From Nannocystis bainbridge (GTDB lineage: Bacteria > Myxococcota_A > Polyangia > Nannocystales > Nannocystaceae): a stretch of 64,000 nt of DNA. A program made the position numbers and the translations under genes. The stretch spans positions 2,624,001 through 2,688,000 of the forward strand of contig NZ_JAQNDL010000001.1 of the NCBI RefSeq assembly GCF_028368995.1, read 5' to 3'. Below are positions 58,843 to 64,000 of the stretch, one piece after another. Positions within the stretch are counted from its first letter, which is position 1. Each line of letters opens with the position of its first letter. Below the pieces are notes generated by a model. It did not search any database, had not been told where the DNA came from, and worked only from the letters and a program-made list of their open reading frames with translations.

Positions 58843-60363
58843 TCAGCCGGCTTCGACTTCGTCGGTGATCCCGGCCAGCGCGCGGGCCAGCGCCTTTTTG
58901 TCCTCGACCTGCATCTGCCGGGCGATCTGGATCCGCTGGGCCTGCGGCGAGCCGGCCCCGTGCATCGACTCCGTCAAGTAGCCGACGGCGTTGCGCCCCA
59001 TCGTCAGGTTCTCGATCAGCCGCAGCGCCCGCGCCCGCGCCTCGGCTGACACCCCGTCGCGCCCGCGCAGGTATTTTTTCAACAGCGGCCCGATCTCCGG
59101 GTCGGCGAAGTCGTGCTCCGACGGCAGCGTCGCCAGCAGCCCGCCGGCCAGGTCCTGGGCCAGGCGGGCCAGCTCGTAGGGGAAGCGGGTGACGTTGTGC
59201 TTGCACACGTTGGCCAGCAGCGGGTCGTTCTGCCAGTTGCCCGCCGGCGTGGCCGTCGACTCGTGCGACGCCGCGATCCCGGCGCCGTAGATCGTCTCGT
59301 TGAGGTGGGCCATCTCGACCAGCTTGTCGCGCACGTGCGAGACCTGCGGCACCCCGTTGTAGTCGGCGATCAGCGCCGCCGCGCCGATCAGCACGTCGCC
59401 GACCCCCGCCTTGCACACGTAGCTGCGGCGGTGGTACGCGGTGAACCGCTCGACCAGGTCGGCCGCGAACTCGAACTCGCCGTCCATGAAGATCAGCTCG
59501 TCCGGCACGAACACGTCGTCGAGGATGATGAGCGCCTCCTGGCCGCCGTAGCGAGCGTTGCCGACGTCGACCGACCCGCCCTCGAGCGCCCGCGTGTCGC
59601 ACGACTGGCGCCCGACCACGAAGGTCAGCCCCGGGTGGTCGACCGGCAGCGCGCACACGATCGCGTGGTCGCGGTCGCGCGGCCCGAGCCGCATCGTCGG
59701 CATCACCACGATCCAGTGCGAGTTGATGCACCCGGTCTGGTGCGCCTTGGCCCCGCGGATCACCACCCCGCCCGGCTCGCGCCGGACCACCCGCACGAAC
59801 ATGTCGGGGTCGCTCTGCTCGTGCGGCGCCTTGCCGCGGTCGCCCTTGACGTCGGTCATCGCCCCGCCGACCACCAGGTTCTGCCGCTGCATCGCCCGCA
59901 CGAACGCGCGCAGGCGGCTGTGGTAGGGCGTCCCGCGCGCCTGGTCGATGAGCCAGGTGGTGGTGTGCAGCGCGTTGATCGCGTCCATGCCGACGCAGCG
60001 CTGGAAGCACGTGCCCGTCAGCTGGCCGAGCCGGCGCTGCATCTTGTTCTGCTGCACGACGTCGGCCGCCGACTCGGTGACGTGGAGGAAGCGGTTGACC
60101 CGCTCGCCGGTCGCGGCGACGGTCGCCGTCGCCAGCTCGGGCCGCTCGAGCGCGAGGTCGTAGGTACGCGCGACCGCCTCGATCGACGGCCGCAAGATCG
60201 GGTGGTCGACCGGCTCCGCCACCCGCTTGCCGAGCAGGAACACCCGCAGCTCGCGCCCGCGCAGGCTGGCGACGTAGTCGGCGCCGCTGACGATCGGCGG
60301 TCGCGGCGGCAGCCACGGAGGGGACGGCTCGGTCTCGCTGGACGATGCGGCGGCGCCGGACAT
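58843..60363 (-). CDS. abfD: 4-hydroxybutyryl-CoA dehydratase/vinylacetyl-CoA delta-isomerase (HpaB-fold family)
   Basis: TCFQRCVGMD, AMTDVKGDR, GAKAHQTG, YHRRSYVCK, ESMHGAGSPQAQ; Fe-S ligand pattern present. Confidence 0.85.
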   Translation of the reverse strand: MSGAAASSSETEPSPPWLPPRPPIVSGADYVASLRGRELRVFLLGKRVAEPVDHPILRPSIEAVARTYDLALERPELATATVAATGERVNRFLHVTESAADVVQQNKMQRRLGQLTGTCFQRCVGMDAINALHTTTWLIDQARGTPYHSRLRAFVRAMQRQNLVVGGAMTDVKGDRGKAPHEQSDPDMFVRVVRREPGGVVIRGAKAHQTGCINSHWIVVMPTMRLGPRDRDHAIVCALPVDHPGLTFVVGRQSCDTRALEGGSVDVGNARYGGQEALIILDDVFVPDELIFMDGEFEFAADLVERFTAYHRRSYVCKAGVGDVLIGAAALIADYNGVPQVSHVRDKLVEMAHLNETIYGAGIAASHESTATPAGNWQNDPLLANVCKHNVTRFPYELARLAQDLAGGLLATLPSEHDFADPEIGPLLKKYLRGRDGVSAEARARALRLIENLTMGRNAVGYLTESMHGAGSPQAQRIQIARQMQVEDKKALARALAGITDEVEAG

Positions 60364-60406
60364 GACGGCAGGATAACCCGAGCCGCCCGCCGCCCGCACG
60401 CGGCGC

Positions 60407-61582
60407 CTAGGCCGGGTTCGGCAGCGTCGCCGCTTGCGCCCGTCGCGGCAGGGTGCAGGTGAAGGTCGTGCCGCGCTCGGCGCTCGAGCACACGTCGATC
60501 GTGCCGCCGTGCGCGAGCACGATCTGGCGCGAGATGTGGAGCCCGAGCCCCAGCGAGGCCCGCGTCGGCAGCGACGGGTCGCCGCAGTGGAACGCCTCGA
60601 AGATCGAGCCGCGCCGGTCCGGGGGGATCGGCGGGCCCCAGTTGTGCACCTCGATCACCACCACGTCGCCGTCGACGTCGACTCGCGTGGTCACCCGCAC
60701 CACCGTGCCGGCGGGGCTGAACTTGAGCGCGTTCGTCAGCAGGTTCGAGAGCACCTGGGCGATCCGGTCGGGGTCGACGCGGGCCTCGATCGGGTCTTCG
60801 CAGGCGTACTCGATGATGCGCTCGGGGAACATGGCGGCGACCTCGTCGATGGCCTCGCGCACGAGCACCCGCAGCGACACGACCTGCGGCCTGACGGGGA
60901 TCCGGCCCGACTTGCGCTCGTGGGTGTAGTCGAGCAGATCGTTGATGAGCCGGGTCGCCCGCTGCGCGCCGGTCTGGATCCGCAGCAACAGCCGCTCGGT
61001 CCGCTGCTCGACCGCGCCGCGCCGCGCCGCCGCCTCGGCCGCCAGCAAGATCGCAGCCAGCGGGCTGCGCAGGTCGTGCGAGACGATCGCGATCAACTGC
61101 CGCTCGAATTCGCTGGCGCGCTCGCGCTCGGCGGCGCCGGCCTCCAGGTCGCGCTCGTGCTCGCAGAAGAACTGGTCGACGGCCTCGGCGATGCCGACGG
61201 CGAACGCGGCGCACAGGGCCCGCACGTCGGCGATCCGCAGCGGCAGGCCCGACGCTTCGACGACGTCGAGCAGCACCTCGCGCAGCAGGTCGTACTCGAT
61301 CACCAGCGTGCGCAGGTCGAAGCCCACCCGGTAGCGCTGGCGGCCGTGCTCGCGGGCGATGTCGCTGGCGCCGTCAGGCATCCGGCGCAGCGCCGCGGCC
61401 ACCTCCTGGAGGAACTCGGGCAGGCTGTCGCGCAGCGCCGACTTGCTGAGCCGGGCGCCGGCGGGCGCCGTGGCCCGCATGCGCTCGGACCAGCGCTCGA
61501 TGATGGCGTCGCGCTGGCGCTCCAGCAGCTCGGCGAGCGCATCGGCCTGCGGCGAGAGGGGCGTCATGGTCCCATCGAACAT
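60407..61582 (-). CDS. Sensor histidine kinase with RsbRD-N-like input domain
   Basis: I.ERW...REHGRQRY.VGF; SHDLRSPL, NLLTNALKF, GLGLHI, HGG. Confidence 0.92.
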   Translation of the reverse strand: MFDGTMTPLSPQADALAELLERQRDAIIERWSERMRATAPAGARLSKSALRDSLPEFLQEVAAALRRMPDGASDIAREHGRQRYRVGFDLRTLVIEYDLLREVLLDVVEASGLPLRIADVRALCAAFAVGIAEAVDQFFCEHERDLEAGAAERERASEFERQLIAIVSHDLRSPLAAILLAAEAAARRGAVEQRTERLLLRIQTGAQRATRLINDLLDYTHERKSGRIPVRPQVVSLRVLVREAIDEVAAMFPERIIEYACEDPIEARVDPDRIAQVLSNLLTNALKFSPAGTVVRVTTRVDVDGDVVVIEVHNWGPPIPPDRRGSIFEAFHCGDPSLPTRASLGLGLHISRQIVLAHGGTIDVCSSAERGTTFTCTLPRRAQAATLPNPA

Positions 61583-61727
61583 AGCCCAGGTCTCTCTCCC
61601 GCGATTCGGACCCGGGCGGCCCCCCGCCCGCCGTGTCACGGAAGCTCGGCCGCACCCGAGGCGCGCCGCCGCCGCCGGGCGCCGCGCTCGCCAGCAGCGC
61701 TGGAGCCCGGGCGCCGTGCTCGCCGCG

Positions 61728-63038
61728 TCAGCGCTGGAACGCGTAGACCGAGCCGAGCGCCAGCAGCTGCGTCAGCGCGTCGAGGGCCGTCTGGACCTCG
61801 CGCAGCAGCTGTGGGTCGGCCAGGTCGTCGGGCGTGAGGCGGTCGCGGTAGTGCTTCTCGACCCAGGCGACCAGCGCCGCCTCGAGCGCGTCGTCGACGA
61901 TCACCCGCCCGCCGAGCGCCGCCTCCTCGCGCTCGTCGAGCGGCACCCGCAGGCGCAGCGACGCCGGGCCGCCGCCGTGGCGCAGCGCCGGCCGCAGGTC
62001 GACCTCGCGGATCTGGGCCACGTGGCCGTCGGCCACCAGGCGATCGAGGTAGCCGCGGGCCGCCGCGTTCTCGCGGCTCTCGGCGGCCACCAGCAGACCG
62101 AGCTGTCCGTCGGGACAGGTGTAGAACTGCCCGCCGAACACGCTGCTGCCGACCGCGTCCTGCAGCGGCAGGTCGGCGGCGCGGGCCAGCGCGACCTGCA
62201 GCGCCGAGCCGAGCCGCCGCCGCAGCTCGGTCAGCACGTTGCCGACGTCGCGCAGCGCCAGCTCGTGGATCAGCAGCAGCGAGCCGTGAGCCAGCGCCAG
62301 CGTGTCCGAGTGCGAGGCGCCACCGTCGAGGCCGTCCGGGTGCTGCTGCGGGAACAGCACCCGCGCCGGGTCGAGCTGCAGCAGCCGCACCTGCGCCTGC
62401 GAGGCCTCGACCGTCTGCCGCGCCGGGAACCGCGAGGCCGCGTGGCGGGCGTACGCACCGCGGCCCCACGCGAACACGTGGACCGCCGGCCGCTCGCCGA
62501 CCTGCAGCCGCAGCGTGTTGGCCGCGCCCTCGTCGCCGAGCTGGTGCACCGCCGGCAGCGCCGCGTGCACGGCGAAGCGCGCCTCGTCGCGGAAGATCGC
62601 CGACAGCACCGAGTGGGTCGTCTCGGCCTCCTGCGCGCGGTGCAGCATGTGCTGCAGGTTGGCGACGACGATGTGCACGCGGCCGTCGCGCGTGTCGCTG
62701 CTCGGCGCCACCGTCGCCGCGTTGGCGGCCCACATCGACGACGGGTTGCTGCACAGGCGCAGCCACATGCCGTCGCCCTCGGCCGCGGCGCGCAGGACCC
62801 GCTCGTCGTCGCCGGTGAAGCCGATCCGGCGCAGCCAGTCGACGTTCGGCCGCGGCTGCGGCGGCAGCACCGCCTGCTTGAGCCCGAGCGAGCGGGCCAG
62901 CCGGATCTTCGCCAGACCGGCGAGCGCCGCCGCTTTCGGGTTGGTGGTCGAGCCGGCGCGCTGACTCGGCGCGACGCCGGCGGCGAGCCCATCGTTGTAG
63001 GTCGGCCCGATCAGCCCGTCGAAGTTGACCTCGCCCAT
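61728..63038 (-). CDS. astB: N-succinylarginine dihydrolase homologue (catalytic Cys replaced by Ser)
   Basis: EVNFDGLIGPT, MWAANAATV, DEGAAN, FPARQT.EAS, QQHP, GGGPASLRLRV, YRDRL, LGSVY.FQ. Confidence 0.88.
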   Translation of the reverse strand: MGEVNFDGLIGPTYNDGLAAGVAPSQRAGSTTNPKAAALAGLAKIRLARSLGLKQAVLPPQPRPNVDWLRRIGFTGDDERVLRAAAEGDGMWLRLCSNPSSMWAANAATVAPSSDTRDGRVHIVVANLQHMLHRAQEAETTHSVLSAIFRDEARFAVHAALPAVHQLGDEGAANTLRLQVGERPAVHVFAWGRGAYARHAASRFPARQTVEASQAQVRLLQLDPARVLFPQQHPDGLDGGASHSDTLALAHGSLLLIHELALRDVGNVLTELRRRLGSALQVALARAADLPLQDAVGSSVFGGQFYTCPDGQLGLLVAAESRENAAARGYLDRLVADGHVAQIREVDLRPALRHGGGPASLRLRVPLDEREEAALGGRVIVDDALEAALVAWVEKHYRDRLTPDDLADPQLLREVQTALDALTQLLALGSVYAFQR

Positions 63039-63108
63039 GCCCTCGCGGTTTTGGCACCACCCGGGGCCGTGGCGCAAGCGCCGGCGCGCGCGGTATAGTG
63101 GCCGCGCG

Positions 63109-63615
63109 TTGACGCAGCTCGGCAGCATCTTCGAACCCGAGGCGCCCGGACCCCGCGGCCGCGACCTCCACGCCGACGTCACGGTCCCCGCCTGGGCGCT
63201 CGGCCTCCCCTTCCCGTTCGAGGTCCGCGTCCCGCTCGACCTGGCCGCCGAGGGCGGATACGCGCGCCGCACCGTGTCCTCGCTCGACAGCGACGACCGC
63301 GTGCGCCTGTCGCTGCCTGCCGACTTCCCCACCGGCGGGGTCCTGCGCCTGCGCGGCCAGGGCGAGGCGCTCGACGGCGGCCGCCCCGGCGATCTCCTGG
63401 TCCACGTCGAGGTCGACCCGCGCCGCGGCGAACCGCCGCCCGAGGTCAAGCTGGCCCTGGCGGCGATGCCGAGCCCCGCGCCGCCCGCCGCCGCCGACGA
63501 GGCCACCGCCCTCGCCTACCGCCTGCCGGCCCAGAGCCCCGCGCTCGACGCCAACACCCTGACCTGGATGGCCGCCCTGCTGGCCCTGGTCGCCGCGGCG
63601 ATGATGTTCGGCTGA
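63109..63615 (+). CDS. DnaJ C-terminal-domain protein with C-terminal TM anchor, no J domain
   Basis: RGRDLHADV, LP....G.VLRLRGQG...GGRPGDLLVHV; TATAGT upstream of the TTG. Confidence 0.72.
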   Translation: MTQLGSIFEPEAPGPRGRDLHADVTVPAWALGLPFPFEVRVPLDLAAEGGYARRTVSSLDSDDRVRLSLPADFPTGGVLRLRGQGEALDGGRPGDLLVHVEVDPRRGEPPPEVKLALAAMPSPAPPAAADEATALAYRLPAQSPALDANTLTWMAALLALVAAAMMFG

Positions 63616-63618
63616 GCC

Positions 63619-63716
63619 TGGCGGCCAGGACATGTCTTCAGGCGCATGTCCTCGGGGACATGGCGCCGAGGACATTCCCCATGCGACATGTCCCGAGCGA
63701 CCTGTCGCAAGCGACA
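63619..63716. repeat. Seven-unit 14-bp phased array
   Basis: Units start at 63619, 63633, 63647, 63661, 63675, 63689, 63703; convergent gap. Confidence 0.9.
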
Positions 63717-63732
63717 GATCGGCGCCGTCCGC

Positions 63733-64000
63733 TCACGACCCGAAGTAGAAGCCGACGTACAGCCCGAGGTACAGCGTGTGCGACATCGGCCGGCCCTTGG
63801 CCGCCGGCATGAAGCCGATGTAGCCGAGCTCCGGGCCGAGCGAGAAGCCGCCGCCGCGGGTCGGCCGTCGCTTCGCCGCCCCGGGGAAGAACTCGTAGCG
63901 GACCGCGGCGGTGAACACCGCCCCGCCGAAGCCCGAGCGGTCGGTCCGGCCGCGCTCGCGCACCGCCCCGCCGCCGGCGCCGAAACCCGCGCGCAGCGAC
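63733..64000 (-). CDS. C-terminus of a probable outer-membrane beta-barrel protein (partial)
   Basis: Alternating aromatic beta-strands ending LYLGLYVGFYFGS. Confidence 0.6.
   Translation of the reverse strand, partial: SLRAGFGAGGGAVRERGRTDRSGFGGAVFTAAVRYEFFPGAAKRRPTRGGGFSLGPELGYIGFMPAAKGRPMSHTLYLGLYVGFYFGS

Overview
Very GC-rich chromosomal window with the gene-family profile of a myxobacterium, most like Nannocystis/Plesiocystis (inferred from the Ser/Thr kinases, an ECF-kinase pair, PEGA/FHA proteins and many Thr-stalked Cys-rich/vWA lipoproteins). About 50 CDS are supported. I saw no rRNA, tRNA, CRISPR array or transposase/integrase. Main signals: (1) a heavily over-represented 14-bp palindrome, TGTCC-N4-GGACA (at least 24 perfect copies by eye), found singly in intergenic and coding DNA and as phased head-to-tail arrays filling the gaps between convergent genes; (2) a candidate peptide-modification locus at 13.8-18.4 kb, with a vitamin-K-dependent gamma-carboxylase-like HTTM gene divergent from an acidic lipopeptide precursor carrying repeated HDDDDGWG-RRR cores, an SdpA/SdpB-like pair, and a second Cys-rich precursor sharing a leader motif; (3) an array of paralogous surface lipoproteins at 41.8-50.0 kb with mosaic copies and an internally deleted copy; (4) an FHA-ABC transporter near a kinase with TRKD repeats, an AstB homologue with Cys-to-Ser at the catalytic site, a 4-hydroxybutyryl-CoA dehydratase, an ArdA-like repeat protein, and many apparently leaderless genes. 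All family calls come from motif recognition by eye, not database searches.
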